From contig JAFLXO010000005.1 of NCBI GenBank assembly GCA_029786595.1, positions 4,652 through 59,980 on the forward strand: 55,329 nucleotides of DNA, in the 5' to 3' direction. Origin of the DNA: Nitrososphaerota archaeon (GTDB taxonomy: Archaea > Thermoproteota > Nitrososphaeria > Conexivisphaerales > UBA164). Position 1 is the first letter of the stretch. Every line of letters begins with the position of its first letter. A program made the position numbers and the translations under genes. Shown in pieces: positions 10,438 through 20,944 of this stretch. The notes under the pieces are model-generated. The model searched no databases. It had not been told where the DNA came from and saw nothing but the letters and a program-made list of their open reading frames with translations.

Positions 10438-10719
10438 TTAAAGTATTTTAGTGCGCTCTTTTGTCGCATAATGTATCAGGTCTTTTCCAGATCCCTTGCC
10501 CCAACCTTTATCATCTTCTTATCTCCTCCGCCACCTTTCCATTACATCCGGCCGGTAATTTTCAATTCTTTTATTCCAGCCCTTTCCTAACTTTTGTTTG
10601 ATGAGTTCTCTAATGTCCTGTTCAAATTCCCTAATTTCATGAGACAGCTTATCTTGTTCTGAAGGCTCTAATTCAGATCCTATTTCATTTAGCGTTTTTG
10701 TTTGCTGAAATGCCTGATA
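10438..10719 (-). pseudogene. Disrupted fragment resembling the N-terminal half of a Swt1-like HEPN domain
   Basis: Manual translation EIREFEQDIRELIKQKLGKGW...ERWRRR*EDDKGWG...KDLIHYAT; in-frame stop, no start codon, no RxxxxH motif. Confidence 0.4.
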
Positions 10720-10858
10720 ATTTATTGATCCAGTTCAGCTACGCATAATCCCGTACCTTAGCCGTTAATCATTGATTGATATGTGAATGTCCTGAATGGC
10801 CGTCCCTTTGTTATGGCTCCTAGCCAACCGGGGAGCCGCCATCGGAGGCTGATGAAAA

Positions 10859-11065
10859 ATGAATAAAGGGAAGAATGGTAACAAAGGAAATATGATAACG
10901 ACAAAGAAAACCGTAGAAATAGACCGTGATGGCACCGGGTATAAACTTACTGTGAAGAAGAATTTCGAATCTTATGCGCGGAAGCTGAAGGATATGGCAA
11001 AGGCTGGATTGGCGGAAGTGGCGGTGGCATCAGACCATTTGTGCCTTGCGGGATCCGAGATTTGA
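10859..11065 (+). CDS. Small basic hypothetical protein (doubtful)
   Basis: 68-aa ORF with ATG and purine-rich upstream sequence; no recognised motif. Confidence 0.3.
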   Translation: MNKGKNGNKGNMITTKKTVEIDRDGTGYKLTVKKNFESYARKLKDMAKAGLAEVAVASDHLCLAGSEI

Positions 11066-11300
11066 AAATGAAGGCATAAACAAACGCAGGCACAGAGAAC
11101 TAGGAGGAGTTAAATGCCGACGGCTAAGAGCTTCCCACACCGCTTTCGGATCGTTTGCAGCTTATTTCCTGATTCAACCACACACAGCTAGCAATGTATC
11201 CCCCCGTTGGTGTCCCCACAGGCATGAACACCTTCTCGCATTTTATGCATGATTACACCGGATCAGTTACGCTTATATTGTGCACCGCCATTTTATTTCC

Positions 11301-11786
11301 ATGCAGCTGGGCAGACTGAGGGCAGACGAAATAAAGGAAGCTACGAAAATGATGCTCGAAGCCCTTAAGGAAAATTACATTACTGATGTGGAAATAGAAA
11401 TGAACATAGCGCTTGAATCCGGCTCCGTGAGCAGTGAGGCCGGATCGATAATAGAGCAGCAATTGAGTAGCTTGATTGCTGACAACAATGCGGCAGTCTT
11501 TGCTGCAAGGATGGATGGCATCCTGGCTGGCTACGCAATTGTTGTTATAGAAGGCGATGTAGCTGATTTCTGGGACCTCGTGGTTAAAAAAGAGTACAGG
11601 AAGATAGGCATCGGGAGATCCTTAATAGTGGAAGTGGAAAATTTTGCAAAGGGCCGAGGCTGCAGGGCAATCAAGCTTGACGTAAACATGAAAAACGATG
11701 TTGCAATAAAGCTGTACGAAGATCTCGGGTACAGGAAGCTATCTATTATGATGATGAAAGGGGACAGGATAAATGGCATACCATAG
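11301..11786 (+). CDS. GNAT family N-acetyltransferase
   Basis: LVVKKEYRKIGIGRSL acetyl-CoA motif A and N..AIKLYEDLGY motif B. Confidence 0.92.
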   Translation: MQLGRLRADEIKEATKMMLEALKENYITDVEIEMNIALESGSVSSEAGSIIEQQLSSLIADNNAAVFAARMDGILAGYAIVVIEGDVADFWDLVVKKEYRKIGIGRSLIVEVENFAKGRGCRAIKLDVNMKNDVAIKLYEDLGYRKLSIMMMKGDRINGIP

Positions 11787-13023
11787 GATAGTCGCTGCAG
11801 GATACGTTTACGCTTTTGATACAGAAAAATTCAGCGGCACAAGGCATCCAGAGCTCAAATCTTACAGGACCGCAAAAGAGTGCCTGCCTTCCCAGGAGCT
11901 GTTTGCCTTCATGCATTCCATCCTGATAAACTTCGGGGAAGAGTACCTGAATATGGCAGAGCTAAACGGCTTTGAGGGCGTTCACAGGGCATATAACAGG
12001 GAACATGGGCTGGAAGGTGATGCATACGTTTTTATGAGGGACTTTAAGATTGGTCTGGCCTCGGTAGTGGTCCTGATAACGCTGCAGGAAAAGGAACTAT
12101 CTGCTGAAAGCATAATAGGCCTTCAGGCAGGTGGCTCCTGGCAGATAGAAGGCATGGACATTGACGGCTACATAGCGGCTCTTATGGATAGCATTAAGAA
12201 AAGGGTAAAGTACAGTGAAAAATATGTAACAGTTTTCCTAAAGGAAAATGAGCGGGTTGATGATCGGGAGCTTTACGGACTCATAGAGCTTGACCCTGGC
12301 TACGAGGGCGCAAGCTTGGGGACCGTGCACAAGACAGTTTCAAAGGATGCTTCAATGATAGATGGAATAAGGCTTTTCTATTCAAGAGACAGCATGGTAT
12401 TGTTCTTCTATGATGACCCGGTAAAAAGGTTCACTGAAATCACCAACCTAAAAATAACGGACTATGCGGCGCAAATAGAGGGTCGGTTTCAATCCTGCGG
12501 CCACGCCGGAAGCCCAGTCAGTCCAATCGTGCCGGTTTTCCTTGATTACCTTGTGGAAATCGAGCCTCTAAGGCTGCAGCACCTTATGCTTTCAGCATAT
12601 GGTGTAAGGATGAAGGCTGGTGGTAAGAGCAAGGATGAGATGGCCAAGCTAAAGGAGGACGCAACGCTCATGCTAGACTTTTACCACGTTATCTCCGCTT
12701 CGATGTACAGGGGGGTAAAGGAGGCGATGAAAATTGGACAGGAAAACATGGGAATAAATGATTTGAAGATCATATTTGACGAGAAGATGAACCTGACGGC
12801 GGAGTCCATTGAAATGAAGCATCAGCTTGTTCTTGAAAAGTGGAACAGGCTTTTCACCTACACTTTGGCAGCTGTGGGCTTTGCTTCAGTCATGGCGGAG
12901 TTTCTGCTCGCCTACCTTAAACTGGAAGGACCAGCAGGAACAGCGCTTATCCTTGTCTCCAGCACTCTGCTTTTCATCTTTATTGTGTGGATCATTCTTT
13001 TCATGGTGCTGAAAAGGAAATGA
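11773..13023 (+). CDS. Hypothetical protein: large soluble domain, long helix and two C-terminal TM helices (CorA-like topology)
   Basis: 416 aa; overlaps both neighbours; two hydrophobic C-terminal segments; no GMN motif. Confidence 0.75.
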   Translation: MAYHRIVAAGYVYAFDTEKFSGTRHPELKSYRTAKECLPSQELFAFMHSILINFGEEYLNMAELNGFEGVHRAYNREHGLEGDAYVFMRDFKIGLASVVVLITLQEKELSAESIIGLQAGGSWQIEGMDIDGYIAALMDSIKKRVKYSEKYVTVFLKENERVDDRELYGLIELDPGYEGASLGTVHKTVSKDASMIDGIRLFYSRDSMVLFFYDDPVKRFTEITNLKITDYAAQIEGRFQSCGHAGSPVSPIVPVFLDYLVEIEPLRLQHLMLSAYGVRMKAGGKSKDEMAKLKEDATLMLDFYHVISASMYRGVKEAMKIGQENMGINDLKIIFDEKMNLTAESIEMKHQLVLEKWNRLFTYTLAAVGFASVMAEFLLAYLKLEGPAGTALILVSSTLLFIFIVWIILFMVLKRK

Positions 13024-13856
13024 AAGGTAGGATACAGGCACTTTCGGCGCTAAGCGCAGCGCTTTACGGCCTGTGGGGAGCCATCGCAGCAGTGTCCCTG
13101 AGGGCCGGCATGACCGCTGCATCAACGGGCCTTCTCATCTTCGCCTTTTCATCCATAATTAGCTGTGCAGTTTTGGGGGGGCGACTGACAGTGCCAAGAA
13201 TGAAATGGGTTTTGGCCGGAATCCTTTTCGCCGCGGCAAATTACATTTTATTTAGCATAATGAGCTTTAGCTATCTTTCCTCAGCCTATGTGTTTGTGCC
13301 TTCGTCGGTGCTCATATTTTTTATAATTTCTGCCTGGAAATCAAGGCCCAGGGGCAGGGAAGCATTCAAATTTTCCCTCGCACTAATGTTCATAGTTGCG
13401 GGAATGGCGGTTTCACAGATAACCGGAACGGAGAAAATTAACATTGCTGACCTTGGACTGGGGCTCATGGTTGCCTTTCTGTACGGCATCTCATCCTATC
13501 TCACAGCATATGCATCAAAACCAAAGGCCGAAATGACACAGACGTTCTGGATAACGCTTTCAGAAATGGCAGTTTTTTTGCCCCTTTTTGCCATCACGGG
13601 AATCAGGCTCACATATCAGGGCATACTGCTTAGCGCGATTGCAGCCCTGTCAATAAGTGCAGGGCTCTACCTTGAACTCTTTTCCTACAACGCATTAACT
13701 GGAAATAGGTTTGCGCTGATGAACATGGTCAATGTGCTGACTAACCTTGATTCCATGTTTGTGGCTGTTGCGTCAATCCTGCTAGGAAGCTTCACCAGTT
13801 TTAGCATCTTCGGGCTCGTACTTGTATTCATAGGGGCCAGCTTCTTTTTAAAGTAG
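13020..13856 (+). CDS. DMT/EamA-like membrane transporter
   Basis: About ten hydrophobic segments in two halves; ATGA overlap with the upstream stop supports a start at 13020. Confidence 0.75.
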   Translation: MKGRIQALSALSAALYGLWGAIAAVSLRAGMTAASTGLLIFAFSSIISCAVLGGRLTVPRMKWVLAGILFAAANYILFSIMSFSYLSSAYVFVPSSVLIFFIISAWKSRPRGREAFKFSLALMFIVAGMAVSQITGTEKINIADLGLGLMVAFLYGISSYLTAYASKPKAEMTQTFWITLSEMAVFLPLFAITGIRLTYQGILLSAIAALSISAGLYLELFSYNALTGNRFALMNMVNVLTNLDSMFVAVASILLGSFTSFSIFGLVLVFIGASFFLK

Positions 13857-14085
13857 CTCAGGGAGTAGACGAATTGTTTGTTCTTTCATAAAATTAAATG
13901 CTTGCACAAGAAAAATCACGATATATGGAGAAGCTTGAGAAGGTTAAACAGTGTTGACAACGCAGGCGAACATAAGGGAAGACACAATGAAATCGCTGAT
14001 CGCAATGGATGCGAAGTGCGAGCTTACTGCTAACGGTATAAATTATTGGCCCCGTTCAGTGACGGGTTAGATAATCAGCAACTTT

Positions 14086-14153
14086 GCTCGTTCACCATAT
14101 TGTTATGATGACACAAGGAGGTGAACAAGCCAAAATTAGAGATAAATTTGGGA
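14086..14153 (+). repeat. Diverged ~70-bp repeat, second copy at about 28421-28487; probably the end of an unidentified IS
   Basis: gctcgttcaccatattgttatg..acaaggaggtgaacaagccaaaattagagataaatttggga versus gcttgctcaccgtagtattatg..acaaggaaatgaacaagccaaaattggatacaaattggga. Confidence 0.6.
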
Positions 14154-14331
14154 ATCTAGACATCAAGTTTAACATTAAATAACCTTAATAAATGATATGA
14201 TAGATTGGTTTTCTGTGGCGATAAAGCATGCCCTCCCCCAAATGCCGATTACCACTATATTATAGGGCTGCTCCGTACAGCACCGTGTTTGTAGGCGATC
14301 CTGAGGCCAGCGCCGGCACAGCTCAGCCTTA

Positions 14332-14446
14332 CCTTACTGTAAAAGGCGAAGCTGGAAAATTCGTCGGCGTACGCATGTAGCTGCGGCCAAACGCCGTATC
14401 CATGTAAGGCAGCGTGGGGATCCTATCCGCGGAATGGCGTCTCACC
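14332..14446 (-). mobile_element. Orphan degenerate left end of an ISNCY-family element
   Basis: Aligns with 19718-19832 including a degenerate terminal repeat (aatggcgtctcac versus aatagcgtcccaca). Confidence 0.75.
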
Positions 14447-14491
14447 CCGCTAGGGGGACAACCTTTTAAAGGCCGAGCTCCTATTGTTGTC

Positions 14492-15202
14492 ATGGTACGG
14501 AAACTTGTCACAACTGTGATAATCATAGTTGTACTGATAGGCGCCGTCATAGTGGGATACCCTTATCTGCAGGCCTTACTGCAGCCTTCTACATCCACCA
14601 GTTCAACCCAGCCTCCCGTCGAATTCCATCCGATCCCGCTCAACTTTAACAACTCTCTTGCAAGCATCATAGGGAACTTTTCCGCTGTATCGTTCTCGAT
14701 GAACTACACTGCCGGCCCGATCAACATAACCGATATGCACATAGCATACAGCGTTTCTAATCTTGCGGCCGGCAAGGTTTTGAACGTTACATACTCATCG
14801 CCGCAGGGCTCGGGCGAATTTCCCATCTATTTCCAGAACGGTGCCTTTGTCAACTTTAACTTTGCCAACGTAGGCAACTCCTCCTATAGGATAGCAACCG
14901 AGCTGTGGTTCATTATGGCGGCCGGGGTATTGCGTTCAATTGGCCTTAACAGCACCAACCTGCCCATAAATACAACCAAGTCAGAGTTCATAGGCCCCAC
15001 CGCGATGGTCGTGACCACATATAGCGGAGCCATTGCCTCCTCGAATACCGCCTTCTCGATTGTCCAGTATTCAGTGGCCGTTCCCCTCATAAACACCACG
15101 GTTGTAGTGCCCGTTGGCCTCCAGCTGATGGGGGAGAGCAGCGGCCAGCCCATAAGCGTCTCATTCAGTGTGACGTCATTAACCTACACGGGGAGTGGCT
15201 GA
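14492..15202 (+). CDS. Membrane-anchored S/T/N-rich surface protein
   Basis: N-terminal TM helix (MVRKLVTTVIIIVVLIGAVIVG), many N-x-S/T sequons; TATA-like TTTTAAA about 25 bp upstream supports the 14492 start. Confidence 0.8.
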   Translation: MVRKLVTTVIIIVVLIGAVIVGYPYLQALLQPSTSTSSTQPPVEFHPIPLNFNNSLASIIGNFSAVSFSMNYTAGPINITDMHIAYSVSNLAAGKVLNVTYSSPQGSGEFPIYFQNGAFVNFNFANVGNSSYRIATELWFIMAAGVLRSIGLNSTNLPINTTKSEFIGPTAMVVTTYSGAIASSNTAFSIVQYSVAVPLINTTVVVPVGLQLMGESSGQPISVSFSVTSLTYTGSG

Positions 15203-15208
15203 TAAAAG

Positions 15209-15661
15209 ATGGGCGGCGGCAAAGAGAAGGAGGACCCGATAGTTAAGTACGGGAGGAGGAGGATGAATGCGAAGTTCTTTGGCATGGTTGTAGCCGGGCT
15301 TATAATTTTGGTAATCCTGGGCGTGTTCGCGTTTAACTTTATACATGGTATCCCATATAATTCCTCGGCCCTGCACCCCGGGGTGTATATAGTCGTGGAA
15401 AGGGCCCAGCTCATAAATTCCAGCAGCACATATTCCCTGTATACGACCGTTAAGAACGCAGGCACGATCCCCATAAGCTCAGTAAGCCTTTCCATTTCAG
15501 GGGCCACTGTGGGATCCCTTTCATCCATAGCGCCCGGCGCATCGGCCTCGGGCACCTTTCCCCTGAGAGGTATAAGCAGCGGAGGAGCGTATTTTATCGT
15601 ATATACGGCAACTTCGACAAACGGGTCGGTGTATCAGGAAAACTACCCGTTGATAACCTGA
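15209..15661 (+). CDS. Small membrane-anchored, pilin-like surface protein
   Basis: Basic N-terminus, one TM helix, TVKNAGT..I motif and a beta-rich Ig-like C-terminus. Confidence 0.7.
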   Translation: MGGGKEKEDPIVKYGRRRMNAKFFGMVVAGLIILVILGVFAFNFIHGIPYNSSALHPGVYIVVERAQLINSSSTYSLYTTVKNAGTIPISSVSLSISGATVGSLSSIAPGASASGTFPLRGISSGGAYFIVYTATSTNGSVYQENYPLIT

Positions 15662-15834
15662 CACATATTTATCCATCAAAGGGCACCCAGTCGCCATATA
15701 AGGCCGCACGGGGCCTGTCGCTTGATGTGGTTCGCCATATGTAGAGCCCTTTTAGCCGGCTGGTTTTATTTACTGCTAAAAAAATGGTAAGAGAAGGGGT
15801 GTTTCCTTCCTCGTCATTGCCATATATCGCTGGC

Positions 15835-16146
15835 CTATCCCTTCCAGAAGCCCACTGCAAGCCCTATTATGAAGAAGATCGGCACGCCTACAAGCAGCTG
15901 GGGGGCGACCTTGCTTACATAGGCTATTATCGTGGGCGCCTTGCTCATCAGCAGGGCGGTGTTGATGCCGGGCAGGTTTATGCCTATGTAGCCGGCGATG
16001 ACAAGCCCCACTATGGCAAGTATCACTGATGTTATCGCCTTCTTGATGGCAACCCCGAACAGGAGGCCATCTACAAGGGCCAGCACTATGGATATGATGG
16101 AATTCAGATTGGTGGGTATGGTCAGAACCAATTCGGTACCTATCAT
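15835..16146 (-). CDS. Small membrane protein (FUN14-like)
   Basis: GLLFGVAIKK and C-terminal GLAVGFWKG pattern; hydrophobic. Confidence 0.7.
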   Translation of the reverse strand: MIGTELVLTIPTNLNSIISIVLALVDGLLFGVAIKKAITSVILAIVGLVIAGYIGINLPGINTALLMSKAPTIIAYVSKVAPQLLVGVPIFFIIGLAVGFWKG

Positions 16147-16451
16147 ATGAGGCCTTATTTAAGCCGATATGATGGGCTGGTGCTCCAGCCTCCCTCAAGC
16201 CCATCAGGCCTGACCACGAGTTTGAACTACCAGCGCCTGAATGCCCCCAGTTCCTTCATCTTCCTGATCAATTCATAACTGCGCTCCATAACGGCGCCTG
16301 GGTCCTGCCCCTTGAGGTTGCACCTCATCGTATAGCCGCATAATCCAGGGAACCTCGGGTTGCCCTCAACGTTTGAGTTCGTCATAGCAGCTAGCAAATC
16401 ACTATCCCAACAAATACATAAGCGTGTAAAACAACATATAAAAAAGGACCA

Positions 16452-16847
16452 TCAGACATTCCGCTTGCTATTCATTATAAGGATGCCGCTGATCGATGAC
16501 GGGATCATTGGAATGGCCAGAAGTAGGATGAATATAATAGCCAGGGGAAAGGAAATGTATGTGCTACCATATGCAACGACCGTGTGGATGATATCATACA
16601 GTACCAGAACTGGCAGCAGGCCTGTTATCAATACCACTAAGCCTCCCCTTTTCGTGTTTGATTTCTTGATTAAAATTAATAATCCAGCAAAAACTCCTAT
16701 GCCAGCCATTAGCATGGGGGATGCATCGTAGAATGCGACGAGCAGAAAAGATAATCTAGAAAAACCCTCGGTGACTACGAGCGCGGATATTCCTACAAAA
16801 AGATCGAGGAGTACCGCAATGATGCCGAGCAAAATGGCTATCCTCAA
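16452..16847 (-). CDS. Hypothetical membrane protein (about 4 TM)
   Basis: Hydrophobic 131-aa ORF overlapping the upstream gene stop. Confidence 0.7.
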   Translation of the reverse strand: MRIAILLGIIAVLLDLFVGISALVVTEGFSRLSFLLVAFYDASPMLMAGIGVFAGLLILIKKSNTKRGGLVVLITGLLPVLVLYDIIHTVVAYGSTYISFPLAIIFILLLAIPMIPSSISGILIMNSKRNV

Positions 16848-17245
16848 TCTTTTGCCGCCTCACCCTTTGAAGAAGAGAGCTGCTGCCCCAGGAAATACGC
16901 TATAAAGGCTATTAGCCAGAATAAAGCCATTAATAGGGAATAAATGGGGTTCTGATTTGATATAAATGCAAATTCCCGTCCCGATTCTCCTGCAATTGCA
17001 ATTGATACAAAATCCAATATGGCAAACGCAATAGGCCCCCGTAGCCTTGAAAGCGCCGCCATAATGATTATGATCAATCCCACCGCAGCCAGCACGTATC
17101 CCATTGCGTAGTGAACCCCAATGTTGCTGGGCCCGTATGGCGGGGTCGCATAAATGCTTGCCATCATGCCCAGCACGAACTGCATGGAGAGCGGGGCAAT
17201 CCCAATAATGAAGGAATATCTGGCTTTGTTTAGCCATCCTGGCAT
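16844..17245 (-). CDS. Hypothetical membrane protein (about 4 TM)
   Basis: Hydrophobic 133-aa ORF with conserved-looking QFVLGM and H..MG; TATA-like sequence upstream. Confidence 0.75.
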   Translation of the reverse strand: MPGWLNKARYSFIIGIAPLSMQFVLGMMASIYATPPYGPSNIGVHYAMGYVLAAVGLIIIIMAALSRLRGPIAFAILDFVSIAIAGESGREFAFISNQNPIYSLLMALFWLIAFIAYFLGQQLSSSKGEAAKD

Positions 17246-17389
17246 GGAGCTGTTATTTGTCCATTAAATATAAGCGCTGGATTTACTGATGTTTAGGAAA
17301 CCAGTGGGCGGACCCCCGTCATGGGGGTTTTCTGAGCATTAAAATACGCACGATTATCAGGCTAAAATTTTTTACGATATAACCGGCGC

Positions 17390-19105
17390 CTAGCCCTGGC
17401 CTACTATATCGTTAACGCTTACAAACTTGCCGAAGCGCTGCAGTTTTTTGCCTATGATCGCCGTATCGTTGGGCTTGATGTTTGTAGCTTCAAGTTCTTC
17501 CGTAGCGTTAAATACGTCCTTCACCGCGCCATCCAGCACTATCTTTCCCTTGTTAACGACTATCGCCCGCCTGCAGAACCTGGCTACGAAGGTCATATCA
17601 TGCGTTATCACTATTATGGTGTGACCGTTTTTGTTGAGCCCTGAAAGGAACTGAAGGATGACGTCGGCCTGTGGAAAGTCCTGCCCAGTCGTGGGCTCAT
17701 CTATTATTATGACGTTGGGGCCCATGGCTAATATCGAAGCTATCGCAACCTTCTGCCGCCATCCCTTGCTCAATACAAATGGGTTTTCCTCCAGATATGT
17801 GGGTGGGATTCCGGTGATCTCCATGGATGTTTTGACCCTCTTTTCTATTTCCCCTGGATCAATTCCCAGATTTTTTGGGCCGTAGGAGATCTCCTGATTT
17901 ATGGTCTGCTCAAATAGCTGGTGATCCGGATTCTGGAATATATAGCCCACATTCGAGGCTATTTTCCCTATCCTTTCGTGGGTGACGTCGACCCCATCTA
18001 TTACCACCTTCCCTTCCGTCGGCTTGAGTATCCCTGCCATCAGCTTCGCTATGGTCGTCTTTCCAGATCCGTTCTGCCCTATTATGGCCAGAAATTCCCC
18101 CCTGTTTATGGATAAATTAACTTCTTCCAGAGCCTGAGTGCCATCGGGATATGTAAACTTGATGCCCTTTAATTCAATGATCTTCCTGGATACGTCTTCG
18201 TAGGATGGCCTTTCCTCCTGAGGAGGCAGGTCGCTCTCCTTTATCCTAGGTAAGGCCTTGTCCAATTTAGAAAGGAACTCCTCAAGGGAAAGGGAAATCG
18301 GAGGCTCCACGAGCTTCTTATCCATAAAGTATCTTTCAATGAGATTGAACTCTGGAGGATATATGCCATGGGAGATCAGCTCCCTTGGATTTTCGAAGAA
18401 CTCCATGGGTGGCAGATCCCTCGTAATTACGCCGCCTTCAATTAGCAGGACGCGGTCAGCAAGCTTCATCAGCCTGTCGAACCTGTGCTCGGCTATTATC
18501 ACGGTCATGTCATAGCCGCGCTTGATGTTGGATATCACATCGAGGACTTCGGCCTTACCGATTGGGTCTATCTGGCCTGTCGGTTCGTCCAGCACGAGTA
18601 TGGGCGGCCTCATGGCTATCACGGAGGCTATGGCCACCCTCTGTTTCTGGCCCCCGCTAAGCTCGTATGGCGCCTTGCTTAGGAATTCAAGAGGTAGGTC
18701 CACCATCTGCATTGCCCAGTCGATCCTGTCGTGTATATCGCTCCTTGGGAGGCCGGCGTTCTCCATGGAGTACGCGATCTCCTCCTCCACGGTCATCGTA
18801 AGGAACTGGCTTTCCGGATCGGAAAAGACATAGCCTACCTTCCTGGAAAGCGCAGCGAAATCGGCCTCCTTCGTGTTGATTCCGTCGATGAGCACCTTCC
18901 CCTCCATAACCCCCCTCAGGGTGTTAGGGATTATTCCGTTCATGCACATCAGCAGCGACGTCTTCCCGGCGTCGTTGGGCCCGGCCAGCACTACGAACTC
19001 CCCCTTCTTGATGGAGATATTTATGTTGTTGAGCGTCTTGTTGGCCCTTTCCAGGTACTTCCAGCTGACGTTTTCGAACTTGATTATTTCATCCATCTTT
19101 ATCAT
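17390..19105 (-). CDS. ECF transporter ATPase, fused double ABC domain (EcfA-A')
   Basis: Two NBDs: GPNDAGKT/LSGGQKQR/LDEPT and GQNGSGKT/LSKGWRQK/IDEPT. Confidence 0.95.
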   Translation of the reverse strand: MIKMDEIIKFENVSWKYLERANKTLNNINISIKKGEFVVLAGPNDAGKTSLLMCMNGIIPNTLRGVMEGKVLIDGINTKEADFAALSRKVGYVFSDPESQFLTMTVEEEIAYSMENAGLPRSDIHDRIDWAMQMVDLPLEFLSKAPYELSGGQKQRVAIASVIAMRPPILVLDEPTGQIDPIGKAEVLDVISNIKRGYDMTVIIAEHRFDRLMKLADRVLLIEGGVITRDLPPMEFFENPRELISHGIYPPEFNLIERYFMDKKLVEPPISLSLEEFLSKLDKALPRIKESDLPPQEERPSYEDVSRKIIELKGIKFTYPDGTQALEEVNLSINRGEFLAIIGQNGSGKTTIAKLMAGILKPTEGKVVIDGVDVTHERIGKIASNVGYIFQNPDHQLFEQTINQEISYGPKNLGIDPGEIEKRVKTSMEITGIPPTYLEENPFVLSKGWRQKVAIASILAMGPNVIIIDEPTTGQDFPQADVILQFLSGLNKNGHTIIVITHDMTFVARFCRRAIVVNKGKIVLDGAVKDVFNATEELEATNIKPNDTAIIGKKLQRFGKFVSVNDIVGQG

Positions 19106-19109
19106 CCTA

Positions 19110-19368
19110 TCATATTAGAAAGCTGGTAAGCGAACCCGTGATTTTGAACCAGCCAAAATAGTAGTCGCCCATAACTATCAGCACAAGTAAGGCTATCAGG
19201 ATCGCTATGATAGCTACATCCAGGGCCTTGATTTTATATTCGCTCAGGATATAGTCGGTCCTGTTTGTCTTAACGGTCTTCCTGCCGAACATGACGAAGC
19301 CCCTGGCGTCCAGGGCAAGGGACACATCCTCAGCCCTTCTGAGCGCCACCGCAAATACGGGCACAACG
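19110..19368 (-). pseudogene. 3' remnant of an ECF T component (EcfT/CbiQ), fused in frame to a transposase fragment
   Basis: VPVFAVALRRAEDVSLALDARGF T-component motif followed by the terminal TM helix; the 5' part is replaced. Confidence 0.85.
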
Positions 19369-19832
19369 TACATGCCGGACACCATTGAGAACAGGTCCAG
19401 CATGTTGGCGAACACCCTGTTAGACTCGCCTACAAGCTGCTTGATCAGCAGCAGCTTCACCTTTTGCTCCAAGGTCAGGGACCCCGGCCTGCCCCTCCTG
19501 TCAGCTTCATGGTAGACCCTTATGGTTGTCGCAGCTTCGTGTATGAGCGGCTCAAGCGACCTCATAGCCTCCTTTATCCTCCTGGCGAAACGCTGTTCGT
19601 AAGTCATCCAGTCCCTCTCCTTCTGCGGATGTGATTTGAGGTACTCGGCCCTGATGTAATCGTCTTTGTATGTCCTTCAGCTTTGACTGGATGTCGGCGC
19701 CGTGCAGCTCAACCATGCCTTACTATAAAAAGCGAAGCTAAAAAATTCGTCCGTCCATACATGTAGCGACGGCCAAACGCCGTACCCATGTACGGCGGCA
19801 TGTGGATCCTATCCGCGGAATAGCGTCCCACA
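19369..19832 (-). mobile_element. Left end and 5' fragment of an ISNCY-family transposase (frameshifted, truncated)
   Basis: RDWMTYEQRFARRIK..RGRPGSLTLEQKVKLLLIKQLVGESNR; terminal repeat AATAGCGTCCCACA at 19819-19832 is identical to 33516-33529. Confidence 0.8.
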
Positions 19833-19929
19833 CCCTAAAAACCCATTTGTTATGCGAGCTAGCCAGTTGGCTAATTCTATTTGATTTTATGATTTCAAGA
19901 TATACCTATGAATATTAGTTTGACCGTCC

Positions 19930-20911
19930 TTGACAGGTAGGTACTGGGTTAAATATAATAAATAAGGAAATAGGAAGCTGGAAAATAAAATAGTTGCGGT
20001 ATTTGTCAGCACCGACCTCCTGGTTGACCATGATAAACAGTTGGAACGCATGAACGATGGTAAGAACGGCAGGCCCTATAGTTACTCAAATGCGCTGATG
20101 CTCATAACGCTTGCTGTCAGGGAATACTTTGGCCTGCCCTACAGGCAGACTGAAGGGTTTGCTAAGATGCTTGGCGGAATATGAGGAGCAAGGATACCGT
20201 TATATACCCAGATCTGTAGGAGGCAGAAGGAGCTCAATGTGCCCCTTGGTGTGAAATATGACAAGCCGGTTGATATAGCAATTGATTCAACCGGAATTAA
20301 GGCGTTCAACAGGGGCGAATAGATCAGGCAGAAGTGGGTTGTCAGGAGGGGGTGTATAAAGCTGCATATAACCTGCGACATAGACAACCACCTGATAACC
20401 AGCGTGGAGGTGACGGACGAGCATGATTCCGATGGAAAGGAGTTCGGTGGGTTGGGCTAAAAGGATGTCGTTTGAAGGATAGGCAGGGTGTTCGGCGATT
20501 CCGTATACGATTCCAGGGCTAATTTCTATACCGCTGTAAATGCAGGTGCCGAGCCGGTGATCAAGCCGAAGATGAACTCCACCGGAAGGTCAAGAGGATC
20601 CTATACCAGAGCACAGACAGTAAGGGAGTTCCTGTCAGACCCGAAGGCGTGGAAGAAGAAACACATGTATGGACAGAGGTGACAAGTGGATACCGTATTT
20701 TCCTCATTGAAGAGGATGCTAGGGAAACACTTCACATCAATACTGAGCTCAGGGATATTCAACGAAATCGTGTCCAAAGTGTTCGTGTACAACGTCGTGA
20801 AGGCCAACAGAAATGGATGCAGGTTATAGAACAAATACATCTATATGGTCTCTAGAGGACCCCCTTTGATCCAAATATCAAGAATAAGATCATAAATTAT
20901 GCAACAAAGGA
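19930..20911 (+). mobile_element. IS5-family (IS903/ISH1-like) transposase pseudogene with right terminal repeat
   Basis: GRPYSYS, LPYRQTEG, AIDSTGIK, KLHI, GDSVYDS and FSSLKR motifs broken by stops; ends TTATGCAACAAAGGA; left boundary approximate. Confidence 0.85.
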
Positions 20912-20944
20912 ATTATTTATAAATGATTATAAACAACTAGTGAT

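Noticed and set aside
16200-16400. Possible ISH3-like transposase remnant (minus frame RSYELIRKMKELGAFRR)
   Set aside because: Too short and degenerate; no terminal repeat identified.
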